A DNA stretch of 63,981 nt, the filler included, from Piptocephalis cylindrospora (lineage: Eukaryota): assembly GCA_003614145.1 (NCBI GenBank). It is 7 parts of 7 records of this genome, joined end to end, with 100 filler letters (N's around TTAATTAATTAA, not from the genome) between each part and the next. Parts side by side here need not be neighbours in the genome. Positions count along the whole stretch, not along the records: positions 37,638 to 46,935 come from KZ988095.1; positions 47,036 to 56,332 come from KZ988096.1; 5 more parts are not named here. One strand, written 5' to 3'. Shown in pieces: positions 40,511 through 51,299 of this stretch (the first letter of the stretch is position 1; the number at the start of each line of letters is the position of its first letter). The position numbers and the translations under genes were made by a program. The notes below the pieces were generated by a model. The model was not told the DNA's origin. It saw only the letters and a list, made by a program, of their open reading frames with translations, and did no database searches.

Positions 40511-41663
40511 TTATTCCCCACTTCCTCCATTCCCATCAGATCCATCAGCCCCTCCTTCACCTCCACCACCCATAAACTTGGATGCCCTACACATCCCCCA
40601 TGAACCAGTTCACAAAAATGAGTCATTTGTCCCATGTCCCCACCATCCACCCATTCACTCTACACTTACATTTCCATCAAGGCAGGGTTCCGCATCATCT
40701 CGGAGATATCCGGCATACCTCCCCCGGATCCAGCCATCATGTTCTGAGCCATACGCATCGCTTCAGGGTTCTGCATCAGCTGAGAGGCCATGCTCATAAA
40801 CTGTGGATTCGACATCATCCCCGCCATATCCGGCATTCCACCGCCTGCGCCCCCGCCAAAAGGATTGGATGCGGAGGGTGCAGACCGAGGAGAGGTGGTT
40901 GTGGCACTGGAAGGAGACCCCGGAGTAGAGGAGACCTTGGACTTGGCGGCTGCAAGAGCCGCAGTCATGGTCGGGTTTTTCGGGTCGAGCTCTAATCCAC
41001 GCTCATACGCCTTGATGGCCTTATCAAACTGACCTAGGGAGAAGTACGCGTGGCTATAGACCCCCATCCAGATCCCAGTATAAGGCACTGTTAATCATCC
41101 TTTCACAATAATCCCATCCAATTTCATACCACTTACCCAAGACGAGAATACACCTTGCTATAATTCGGATCCACCTCGGAGGCCTTGAGGGCATCCTCCA
41201 CGGCGCTCTCATGATTCCCCATCTGACTGTATGCAGCCGCGCGATTGGCATAGTACACCGCACTGGTGGGGTTGAGGGCGATGGCTCGGTCATAATGAGA
41301 AATGGCCTGAGCATAGGACTTGGCCGCCATCTGCGCATTACCGAGGGCCTTGGCCTCCTCGGCCTCCCGCTTCTCCTTCTCACCCACCACTGGTGCCGTC
41401 TCGGGTGCTGAGCTATCTCCTCCCCGCTTCCGAGCCTGAGTCTTGCGGAACACCTCAAAAATGCCCTGGAGGGAAGCAGGTGCAATAGAGAGCTGGCTGC
41501 GTTGAGCTTCGTCATCCCCGTCCACGCCAAAAGCTTCGCCAATACACTGGATAGCCACGTCCAAGCCCTCCGCTTGCTCCGCAACCAGGGTTCCATCTTC
41601 GGAGGATTTGGACAAAAAGTCCATGATGGCCAAGGCCAATTGTTTTTGCGCTTCAGTCGCCAT
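40511..41663 (-). CDS. SGT2: SGT2/SGTA TPR co-chaperone (GET pathway)
   Basis: Dimerisation motif EGLDVAIQCIGEAFGV, TPRs (YYANRAAAYSQ, YSKVYSRLG) and STI1-like MMSNPQFM. Two introns. Confidence 0.93.
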
Positions 41664-42125
41664 GATGGAAGAAAGTATTGTAAGATCTGGAGAGGAAAGG
41701 ATGATGGAGCTTGATGGGAGGAGAGAGAAGGTGTGTAAAGAACACGCGGTATTTGTGCACGGAGCCAAATCTCCGAAAGGTTGGAAAATCGTACTGAAAT
41801 TATGTCGAAAAGTAGTAGTAAACAGCGAATAGTTATGTCGAAAACCTATCCTGTAATATTCCCTATGGAATAAAAATGGACGAAAATCTCACCTTGCTTT
41901 TCAGTATGGATTGAGATTCCGCGTCCTGCATGAAACGGCCCCACTTTCCTCGCTGTTAAACACCCCAGAGGTCGCCAAATGGAGGGAGGTAGCAGGTAAA
42001 GGCAGCTCAACCTAATTCACTTGCTTCCAGCTCTTATCGTCATCATCCCTCTCCTCAAGCCAGCTCTATTCTTAACCACTATCACTACCGCCCCACCATC
42101 AGCTCTCTCCCTCTCTCCAACCTTC

Positions 42126-44928
42126 ATGTCCAGTCCAGTTCCTGAAGAGACCGAGCAGGTTAAAGAGGAAAAGACTTCAGTTCAAGGGAAGGAGCTTGCC
42201 ACGACCGCATCCTCCGGCAAGAAACCAGAGGACAATGCAGGGGAGACAAAACCGGTAGGAGGTGTGGATCGGCAAGCTCTACTTAAGATTAAGCGACACA
42301 TCATCAACGTGAGCTTTCTCTCAGAGCAACTGGAACGAGCTCAGCAAGGTAAGAGGACACGGAGTGTGCGCCCCGCCTTCCATTCCATACAACTCATTTC
42401 TCCTTGACAGAGGCCAAGATGGCAAAACAGCACATCACGGATTGTAAAAACAAGGCAGAGTCACTGCAACTGCAGTTGGCAGCTACCCAGATCTCTCAGG
42501 AGCAGCAGAGGGCTCGGTGCGTAGAGCTAGAGGAAAGTTTGCGGGATCTTCGATCTCAGCTGCAGGAAAAGAGCATGGCAGGTGATGCGGAGAATGCAAA
42601 GCTGAATGCTCGCTTGGCATCCACCTCTAATCTCAAAGATCAACTGGTCGTCGAGGTCGATCAGCTCCGGGCAAAGCTCAAGGCCACCATGGAGGGCACG
42701 GACACCATCGGAGCCCTCCGCCGTCAGCTGAAAAGTCGGGAGGCTGAAGTTGAACACTTCCGGGCCCAAGTTACAAAATGGATGAGCGTGGCAGAGGAAC
42801 ATCAGAAAGAGTCAAAACGCCTTGAAAGAGCTATGTCTATCAAGAACAATGAGGACGAAGAGGAAGACGGTTCCTTGGAGCATCTCAACCATGCCCTTGA
42901 GCTCAAGTCCCTGTTAGAAAAGGAGCAAGAGGAATCTAAACGTGCTCGGAAGGAACTCGCGTTGCAAAAAGAAGAAACCAGGCATGCTCAAGAGCAGCTT
43001 AAAGTGGAAAAGGCAGAAAAGGAGAAATGGATAGTCAAGAGTAAGGGGAGCACCAAGGAAGGGGCCATGAAAGATCTGATACAACGACTGCAACAAACTG
43101 AGGAACAGCGTGAGGAATGGGAGCGCCAGTGTCGACAGGCTAGGCAGGAGAGACAGGTCTTACGGGATCAGATTAAATCATCCAGCTCCACCCAGGCCAT
43201 CCCTTCCTTGTCCGAGGAAACCATTCGTCTCCGGCTGGAGCGGAATGCCCTTCGGGATCAGATGGTGACGCTGTGTGTCCAACTTCATCAGATGAAGGTT
43301 CAGTATGGGTCCAGTACGTCTCCGCCCTCCTCCCCGGGCCCTCAGAGCTCTATTGTCCCAGTCACAAGCCTTGATCATCCATCCCAACAGGATAATGAGC
43401 TCCAGATGGAAGAAGATCAGGACATGGCCTCTCTCTCAGCCCTACCCTCAGATGAAGACATGATTCCCACCCCGGCCCTCCCTGCTCCCATTGACGATAC
43501 TCATGAAGAGGGGGGAAAGTCCATGGGGAGCAAGGCGCATTCTAACCCCACAAATCCCCGCCTTGTCTCTCCTGTTCAAAAAAGACCAAGAACCATTTCG
43601 GGATCCCAGGATCCTCCTTCCACACCGGATGGGCTCCTACTCAAAAAGGCTCGTACTCGCAAACCTCGACCTCCTCCATCCCTCCGCTCAGACCCTCAAT
43701 CCCCATCAAAGCCTCATCTAGGAGATACATCTTCCGTCAAGGAGCTTCCTGAGGCCTTTTCCATAGGTGCGATCCCTTTTCCGCTACACATCTTACAATT
43801 CCTCCCACTCACTTCCTTTTCAATCCTTTAGTCCTTCCCCGACTAGAAAAGGCTCTAGAAACGGATCGATCCATCCTAGTGGAAGAACTTCCCCGATTTC
43901 ATGGGTGCTTTGAACAGCCTGAGAATATCCAGGCCTTTTCTAATGCCATCCACGATCTCTGGACTTCCTTCCGCACTGCAGGAACCCTGGGGGACATTTC
44001 CTCTACTCCTGGAACATTAACTCATATCCTCTTCGATGCCTCCCTTGGGCTTTCTCGTCTTTCTCTTCCCTCGTATCTTCCCCGAAGGGAGAGGAATGCT
44101 TTGATCCTTCTATGGTCCTTTCACTCTTACTATCCCGAGGTAAGAGGAGAGCTTGACGTGAGGATGACCCTCACTCATTCCGCCTTTCCCAATTCGGACA
44201 GGCTGGTCTGGTAGATGTGGTCCTACAGTGGATGGGTCCACTGATCGTCAAGGCCCTCCAGGGCGGTTACCCTACCCCGAGCTCCCCGATTGCTTCAGCC
44301 TCCCGAACCGCAAGGACTTTTGGGGCTCTGTGTCGAGCCGGGAATCTACTACAACGTTTTCGTGTCCTCGTCCATGACCTCTTTGTCCTTCATACGGAGG
44401 AGGGCAAATGGGCCTTGCTTTTGGTCATGGATAACCTGGCCCGCTCCTGGCCAGGGGCCCTCAAGGCCTCAGAGACTCCCATTGATCAGGAAGATAGATT
44501 ACCGGGTCTGGTAGACGTGTATGAATCCCTTCTTGCAGATATTGTCACTCAGGCCGTTGAGGAAGGGAGCAAGAAGGAGGTGGAGGTTGCCAAACGGGTT
44601 TACTGGATCTTTATGAATGGCTGTGGCTGGCGCCCTCCCCAAGAGGCTGCATACATGGATCATCTCCATGTGAGGTTCCAAGAAGAGCTGGATAAGCTAC
44701 GTAGTCAAGAGCAAACTCAACAAGGTACGTGCTTATATCTTTTGGAAAAAACGTTGATGAAGAAGTCATGATCATTGGACTCACCTCCAATCTACCCTAG
44801 TGATAAACCGGATGTTTGAGTGTGAACGAGCCCTTGATTTAACCACTCCACTATGGCAAGAGGCCCAGCGGATGTTACAAGAACAGGGCATGGGGCAGGA
44901 TACTGAGGAGCAGGGCATTGATCATTAA
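42126..44928 (+). CDS. Coiled-coil protein with C-terminal helical domain, candidate ICE1-like
   Basis: Exons at about 42126-42348, 42411-43767, 43832-44138, 44202-44724 and 44801-44928, joined by GT-AG introns. Long coiled coil, disordered linker and helical C-terminal domain. Confidence 0.7.
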
Positions 44929-45186
44929 GAGTAGGAATGCCGACTGAAATTGAACTGTGATAAAGCCTAGAATGAGGCACAATGTATACTTTGACGGCGA
45001 CTTTGGATATTAAAGTCATTGAACTGCGTATGGTGAGGAAGGTGCTGTGAAAACCAAAAAAATAGGTAGTTACATTACAAAAGAACGCCTACTCTTTTTT
45101 TTATTTCTCAATGGATGCATCATCCATTCCATATCTCCCTCGAGTAGACAGAGACACTGGGTCAAGGAGTTGACAATTCACCATCA

Positions 45187-46935
45187 CTACACCCCGTTCA
45201 CCTCATTCTCCTCCCCTCCGGAGCCATGATGTAAAAGGGGATTCATATGAAAGCCTGCACGGTACCGGAGATACCCATTAGCTAGGAGGGCATCAACCCC
45301 AAGGGCTTCCTGGATCTGGATGACTCGGGCATCGGCATTGACCTGGCCATAGCTGGCAAGGAGAAGTCCTGTGGCCTTGACCTCTCCAACCAGAGAAGGG
45401 ACCTGGATTAAAGGCTGAGCCGCACACATAATCCCAAGAAGCTGGTGTGCCTTGGCAAAGTCCACGGCCTCTCGTAGACTACAATCCCGAGGTCGATCTG
45501 GGTCAAATCCTGCGCCCGTACAGAGGAAGACAGCGTAGTGCGCTTGCTTCCAATTCAGCGCATGGCACAGAGAAGAGGCAAAGGAAGAGAGAATACAGGC
45601 ATGGAGGGAGTTGGAGGCCATGGGTGGACGGGGCCTGGTGTGTAGGGTATCGAGCAACCGGTCAGCCACGTCATTCACATCTTGGATAGGACCTGAAGGA
45701 ATCTCTCCTTGATCCTCGACCCAGTGTACTTGGACATTGACCCCGACATGCAACGGCACGCTCTATCATAATGAATGGGAATGAGATAGGGTAGAAAAGG
45801 ATGAATAAATGGATTGAATATTACCTTTAGAGCCTCCTTGAGGGTAGGAAAGGAGCAGGTGATACGTTGCTGGATAAGGGCCTCGGCCGTGGAGGAGGCC
45901 CCATCTCCGGCGGCTAAGCGGTCACCCAGAGGGCTGTATCGGTGTTGAAGGGGGGCCAAAGCACGGAATTCTTCAAGGGTCAGGGATTCCACAGCAACAT
46001 GCAATGCGCTGACGGTTGCCCGCTGTTCCTTTCCCAGACCCAAAGGTACCTGAAGGGTAATAAGCCCCTCTGGAACCACGACAAACTCACCTGTTCGCGT
46101 CATCCGCACAGGTAAGGTCATATACTGGTCGACGAGGGAAGAGGAAATGGTCGTGGACAGGGAAGAAGTCGAGGAGGTGGTGGTGGGGACGGCAGCTGAG
46201 GAAATAATAGCTGAGGAAGAGGAGGAGGAAAAGGAAAGTTTGGAAGGAGTCATGCTCCCCTGGGGAACATCGGCTCGTTCAGCCTTACCCTTCTCCAATC
46301 CCTCGACCTGTTCTCTGGACTCTTCCCGACCCCTCTTAAATCCATCAAAGCCAACGGTCTTGGAACTGAAGTAAGGCCGCACAACCCGCCAATCCAGATG
46401 GATCTCGCCAATGACTCGGAGCCGTGGATCCATGATGGCACACACTACATGCCGTTCTCCGGGATGGAGATCAGACCTAAACACGGCAGGATGAGCCACA
46501 GCCTTCCCAATCATCCGGGTACCCCGTACGGGGAAAACCTCCACCTCCAAACCAAACATCCACCTTCCTTGAACCCCGCCTCTCTCGTCAGAGGACCCCG
46601 ACTTATCAGAGGTGGTGGGTCCTGCAGAGCTGGAGGACCCGGGCTGTCCAAGCCACCCGCCCCGCTTCCCTCGCTTCTTCAAGGGTAAAAGATAAACTAG
46701 AGGCGTTGGATCTCCAAGAGGCAGAAGGAGGGTACGAGGGGGATGGGAGGTAGCAGGGATGGCCTTGAGGACCAGCCGAAGGGAAGAAAGTCGAGTGGTA
46801 CCGTACATGCGGACTGGAGTCCTTCCTAGTCGAACCTCCATACGAACATGACCGGACCCAAGGAAAGAATGACCATACATGCGGAAGGGAATGAGAGGAG
46901 GAGGGAGGGCCAAGGAGGGCATCCCCTCGCCAGAT
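45187..46935 (-). CDS. PHO81: Pho81/NUC-2 CDK inhibitor, C-terminal part (5' truncated)
   Basis: MPSLALPPPLIPFRMYGHSFLG matches the NUC-2 PPPIIPxRxYGHNFL motif. GDPD-like domain without catalytic GHRG; SLREAVDFAKAHQLLGI. Intron at about 45824-45762. Confidence 0.8.
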
Positions 46936-47035
46936 NNNNNNNNNNNNNNNNNNNNNNNNNNNNNNNNNNNNNNNNNNNNTTAATTAATTAANNNNNNNNN
47001 NNNNNNNNNNNNNNNNNNNNNNNNNNNNNNNNNNN
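46936..47035. other. Artificial contig linker
   Basis: 44 N + TTAATTAATTAA + 44 N. Confidence 0.98.
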
Positions 47036-47452
47036 GGGGATGAGGTGTTGAGGTAAGGGGGATGGGCCTATAGCTGTCCTTGACGCGTTAGATGATCAGC
47101 GTTACTTTCAGAGTGAGGTCTTTTTAGGAATTCTGATGGTAGCGATGCAGTCAAAGAGCGGAAGGAGGATACCAGGAGCAGATGGTGACAACACTGGTAA
47201 AGGTCGAGGTGGGATCTCTATCCAATTCAGGCTGCTTCCTCCCTCTGTTCCAAGGAGAGAGGCACAGTTTGTGGTCTTTGGCATGTTTTTTTGTTTTTTT
47301 TCCTCCTATACTTCACCCATACGGCAATCAGCACATCAGTTGGATATGTCCTCCTCGGGCGCACTTTAGCATATCACCAGTCAAGACAAAAATTCCAAAT
47401 ATGCCAAAAAGTATAATTTCATGTCACACTGGTTAGCTTCAGCGCGCCAGTT

Positions 47453-47525
47453 GGCAAAACAGCTCAGTCGGTGGGGCGCTGAGATGATGACCGAGAGGTC
47501 GCAAGTTCAATTCCTGCAATTTTTC
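47453..47525 (+). pseudogene. Decayed tRNA (GAT at the anticodon position)
   Basis: Canonical 73-nt spacing: D arm GCTC-AGTCGGTG-GGGC, anticodon arm CTGAG-ATGATGA-CCGAG, variable loop AGGTC, T arm GCAAG-TTCAATT-CCTGC. Acceptor and anticodon stems are mismatched. Confidence 0.6.
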
Positions 47526-48442
47526 AACAGTGCTTGTCTCCAAGTATTTCCCTATACCCCTTTGACTTCCATCTTTGGACCTTTCTTCTCCCGGCTCCTC
47601 AAGATACTGGCGCTCTCTATGGGCCTTTTTTCCCTGACTCTGACCTCCTCCTCGGTGTGTGTTTGTGATATGGTCCACGCTGTGGATTCCCCAAAAATGG
47701 GGTGATTCCGGCGGGCCACTGTGTCAGATTGCAATACATTATATACCTCTCTTAGCTTCAGCGCGCTTTTCCACCAAAACTCACTCTTCTTTCTCTCCAT
47801 CAAAACTCAGACCCACACACACAAGAGTCCATCCCTCTTGCATCGTTATTGGAGCGGACATTTGTAAAAGTTGCGCTATAGCGAATGTCAGGGTCGGGAT
47901 TAGCCTATCTTTCTCCAGATTTAACCAAGGTGCCTGGGTACTTGAGCATAGCGCATTGAGGGCATCCCTGGCTTGCCTAGTACCTACCATGAGGCATGAG
48001 CGATCTACTCCGCTCACTGATAAAGACAGAGCCTGTGGATAATTCTTGACCCTATCCTACGGCCCACCTCCCTGCATCCTCTCTCTCCTCCTCTCTCTCC
48101 TCCTCTCTCTTCCATCTTCCTCCCTCTGACGCCTTGATCCTTTCTCACTCTTTCTCCCCTTCCTTTTCCTTTTGACGTTTTCCGAACCAGCACGACTTCT
48201 CCCTTCCTCGATCACTCCTGATTTCTTTCTCGTGCCACTCAGCCAAGTAGCTTGAAACGATCTTACCGCCTGCCTTGGGCATCCACCTGAACGAACCAAT
48301 TCCCTCATCCCCATCCCCACCTCCACTTTCGCCCTCACCAACCCCTCATTCATCGGAAGACACGTAGAATCCTTTCGACCCGTCTTGCCGCTACCACCGT
48401 CACCGATTTGTCACCCTCCTCCGACCACCTCATCTTACCACC

Positions 48443-50932
48443 ATGCCCTCTGGCAACTTTATCCTCGCCTCGTGCTTTCTTCTCCTCCTTGCCGTCTCCC
48501 CCATTCTTGCCCAGGACGTGCTTGCACCCCCTCCCCCCTTATGGAATCCTCCCCCTCCCCCCAAAAAGGCTCTTGATTCTCTCGTACTTCCCCCATCCTC
48601 CCCATCCCGCCCTATCTTGATCCCGAATCCACCCGTCCCTTTACCCCCGAATGAGCCTAGTACTCAGATTCAGCCCACGCTCGTTACCCCTCAAGTAACT
48701 TTCCCTAACAACATCACCGCCTCCTCCATCCCCCTACCCCCTACCGAGCCTCCCACCAAGCCCCCTTCCTTGGGCACTTCTACGAAGACTAAATTCCCCA
48801 ATGAGCAAGATGATAATGGTCTTCCTCCAGGATCTTCTGATCCTTCATGGGTTCGTCGGTGCGGGGTAGTCCGGCAGAGAAAGGAATACCGAGATTTGAC
48901 CGAGGATGAGCAGGAGCGATTCTTCTCTGCTGTCCAGACCCTCATGACTCCCTCTACTCCGGGCCGCCCCTCCCAGTATGATGTATTCGTCAAAGATCAC
49001 CACAAATACAGCGCCTATGGGCACAAATCTCCCGCTTTCTTTCCCTTTCACCGTATCTACATTCGTGGATTTGAGCGAGCCCTTCAGACCATTGATCCTT
49101 CGGTTATGCTTCCCTACTTTGACTGGTCCATCGATTCTCAAGCCCCCGAAGCCTCCATTCTCTTCACTGATGCCCATTTCGGTGGTAATGGTGATCCGAA
49201 TCATGAGCGCTGTGTGAAGACGGGCCGTTTTACCTCCTATGAGCCTTATTACCCCGTAAAGCTTTTGAAGGGCCGGACCAAGCGGTGCATCCGGAGAAAG
49301 TTTAACCGAGGCAAACACGTAGGCGCCTTTCTCCCCATCGAGGCCATCGCCAAGATCATCAACGATGCCAAATCTTTTGTAGCGCTCAGCAAGAAGGTTG
49401 AGCTCCAGCCCCATGCCGCCTTCCATAATGGTATGGGTCTCACCTTCCGTAGTATGTGGTCTCCCCAAGATGTCCTTTTCTTCCTCCACCATGCTTTCAT
49501 CGACAAGATCTGGGAGGATTGGCAGAAGATTAATATGGCCGAGCGGGAGTTTGCCTTTGATGGTCACTATGTCAATAAGACCCTTGCCAAGGATTCTGAC
49601 ATCCTCATGCCATTCCGTGCTCCCATACGGAGTGGTCTGTCTAACCTAGTGCAGAAATTCTGCTACACTTATGCTCCTGCCAGTAAGGCCTATCAGGACA
49701 AGGTTAATGTGATCAAGAAGACTGCTCCTGTCAAAAGGGCAAAGATGGCCAAGAAGATTAAGAAGGTGAAGGTGAAGGTGGTCGAAGAGGAGGATACGGG
49801 AGATGATGAGGATAGTGAGGAGGAGGAAGAGGTCAGACCAAAGAAGAAGAGTAAGCACACGAAACGTAAGACACTTGTCAAACGTGGAACTCCCGGGCCA
49901 CCTATACCAAGCGGGGCCGCTCCTCCTTCACCCACTGGTCAGGTCCATGGGAAGGTGCAGTACCAGTCCACTTTACACACCACCCTGACTATGGCAACCC
50001 CCCAAGGCATGACGGTCAAGGCAGCCTCCGCATCTACCTCATCCTCCTCCCCCGCCCATCCTCTTCAATCTCATCGTCATCGTGCTCCCCGAAAGGCCCA
50101 TCCTCCCATCCACTCCCTACACTCAGACGCTGCAGTTATTGAGGCTGACATACCCGAGGAACATGGTGGTGGATTTGAAGAGGGAGAGGAAGATTCGGAT
50201 TCGAGCTCCGATTCTCACTCGGATAGCAGTGATGAAGAGGAGGAGCCTGATCACGGATTAATCCATGATATGAATATGGAGGTGGATGAAGATGCTGAAA
50301 TTGGGGATCTTGATGATGAGGAGGAAGCCCGTGATAACCCATATGTCATTCCTTCTTCAGACCGATCTCGTCTCCTTGGAACCCGTATTCCCGCTCGGAT
50401 CTCCCCTAGTTACGCCCGGGAAATGGGCTTGGACAAGGATGAGCTGGCTGAGCAGGAACGGGAAATGCGCGAACTCATCATCTCTTTCAATCGTATGAAG
50501 GGCTATGTCTCTCCCTCTTCCCTGTGGAATCGGGAAGCCGCACTCAATCGGATGATCCAAGGAGGCCAATCCAACTTTACTGTACTACTCGCCAGCGGGA
50601 AGCTCTTCAATGTCCAAGCCGACTCCACCTCCCATGCCAAGTCTACTGGGCTCGTCCGGCAGATGAAACGCAAGGTGGAGAGGGTTCAAGGGACACGCAT
50701 CCACGTCACTGGCCAGGGCAGTAGTGGAGCGACCCGAAAGGACAAGGAACTTCAACGGAAGCTTCAACGACTCATTGGGGTTAGTGGAGCCAAGCATCTC
50801 ACCTTCATCCTTTCCGCCCCTCGCACTTCTAAGCGCCCCTCCTCCTTGATGAAGGGCAGTGGTAAACAACCCCATCCCACTTGCCGTCCCAAGAAAGTGA
50901 AGAAGACCAAGTGTGGCTGTGTTCATGATTGA
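48443..50932 (+). CDS. Secreted tyrosinase-domain (type-3 copper) protein
   Basis: Signal peptide, Pro-rich linker, RKEYRDLT, CuA HHKYSAYGHKSPAFFPFHR, PYFDWS and CuB PHAAFH...FFLHHAFIDKIW. Intronless, 829 aa. Confidence 0.92.
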   Translation: MPSGNFILASCFLLLLAVSPILAQDVLAPPPPLWNPPPPPKKALDSLVLPPSSPSRPILIPNPPVPLPPNEPSTQIQPTLVTPQVTFPNNITASSIPLPPTEPPTKPPSLGTSTKTKFPNEQDDNGLPPGSSDPSWVRRCGVVRQRKEYRDLTEDEQERFFSAVQTLMTPSTPGRPSQYDVFVKDHHKYSAYGHKSPAFFPFHRIYIRGFERALQTIDPSVMLPYFDWSIDSQAPEASILFTDAHFGGNGDPNHERCVKTGRFTSYEPYYPVKLLKGRTKRCIRRKFNRGKHVGAFLPIEAIAKIINDAKSFVALSKKVELQPHAAFHNGMGLTFRSMWSPQDVLFFLHHAFIDKIWEDWQKINMAEREFAFDGHYVNKTLAKDSDILMPFRAPIRSGLSNLVQKFCYTYAPASKAYQDKVNVIKKTAPVKRAKMAKKIKKVKVKVVEEEDTGDDEDSEEEEEVRPKKKSKHTKRKTLVKRGTPGPPIPSGAAPPSPTGQVHGKVQYQSTLHTTLTMATPQGMTVKAASASTSSSSPAHPLQSHRHRAPRKAHPPIHSLHSDAAVIEADIPEEHGGGFEEGEEDSDSSSDSHSDSSDEEEEPDHGLIHDMNMEVDEDAEIGDLDDEEEARDNPYVIPSSDRSRLLGTRIPARISPSYAREMGLDKDELAEQEREMRELIISFNRMKGYVSPSSLWNREAALNRMIQGGQSNFTVLLASGKLFNVQADSTSHAKSTGLVRQMKRKVERVQGTRIHVTGQGSSGATRKDKELQRKLQRLIGVSGAKHLTFILSAPRTSKRPSSLMKGSGKQPHPTCRPKKVKKTKCGCVHD

Positions 50933-51299
50933 GAGATGTACGGTGTGCAGTAGATGAGCAAATACACTAGGGATGATCTGATTGAATCTTTTAGTGCCAT
51001 TATTCCTCATACTTCTGGATGGAGAGACATTGGGGCGAAGCTCAAGAGGACAATCATGATGGGTGGGAATATTGATGGAGCTGTTTGCATGTAAGATAAG
51101 GGGGTAATGCAATGAAAGAGGTGTGTCCAAATGAAAATGAGCAACAAGGGTAAACATTGACAAATATGACGAGTCATTATTCCACCCCGACTTACTTCCC
51201 ACCTCCCTACCTGCACTTGCCCCCGTCTGTTCCTCTCCCCTTATTCTCCTTGATTCCTCTTCCCATCCGTCCGAGCTTGGCTCTCCTTTCCTCCTGAAC

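Noticed and set aside
45187..46935. Gde1 glycerophosphodiesterase
   Set aside because: Lacks the catalytic GHRG motif and carries the Pho81/NUC-2 PPPxIPxRxYGH signature.
47552..48017. Minus-strand ORF pair upstream of the tyrosinase
   Set aside because: No recognisable motif or supportable gene model.
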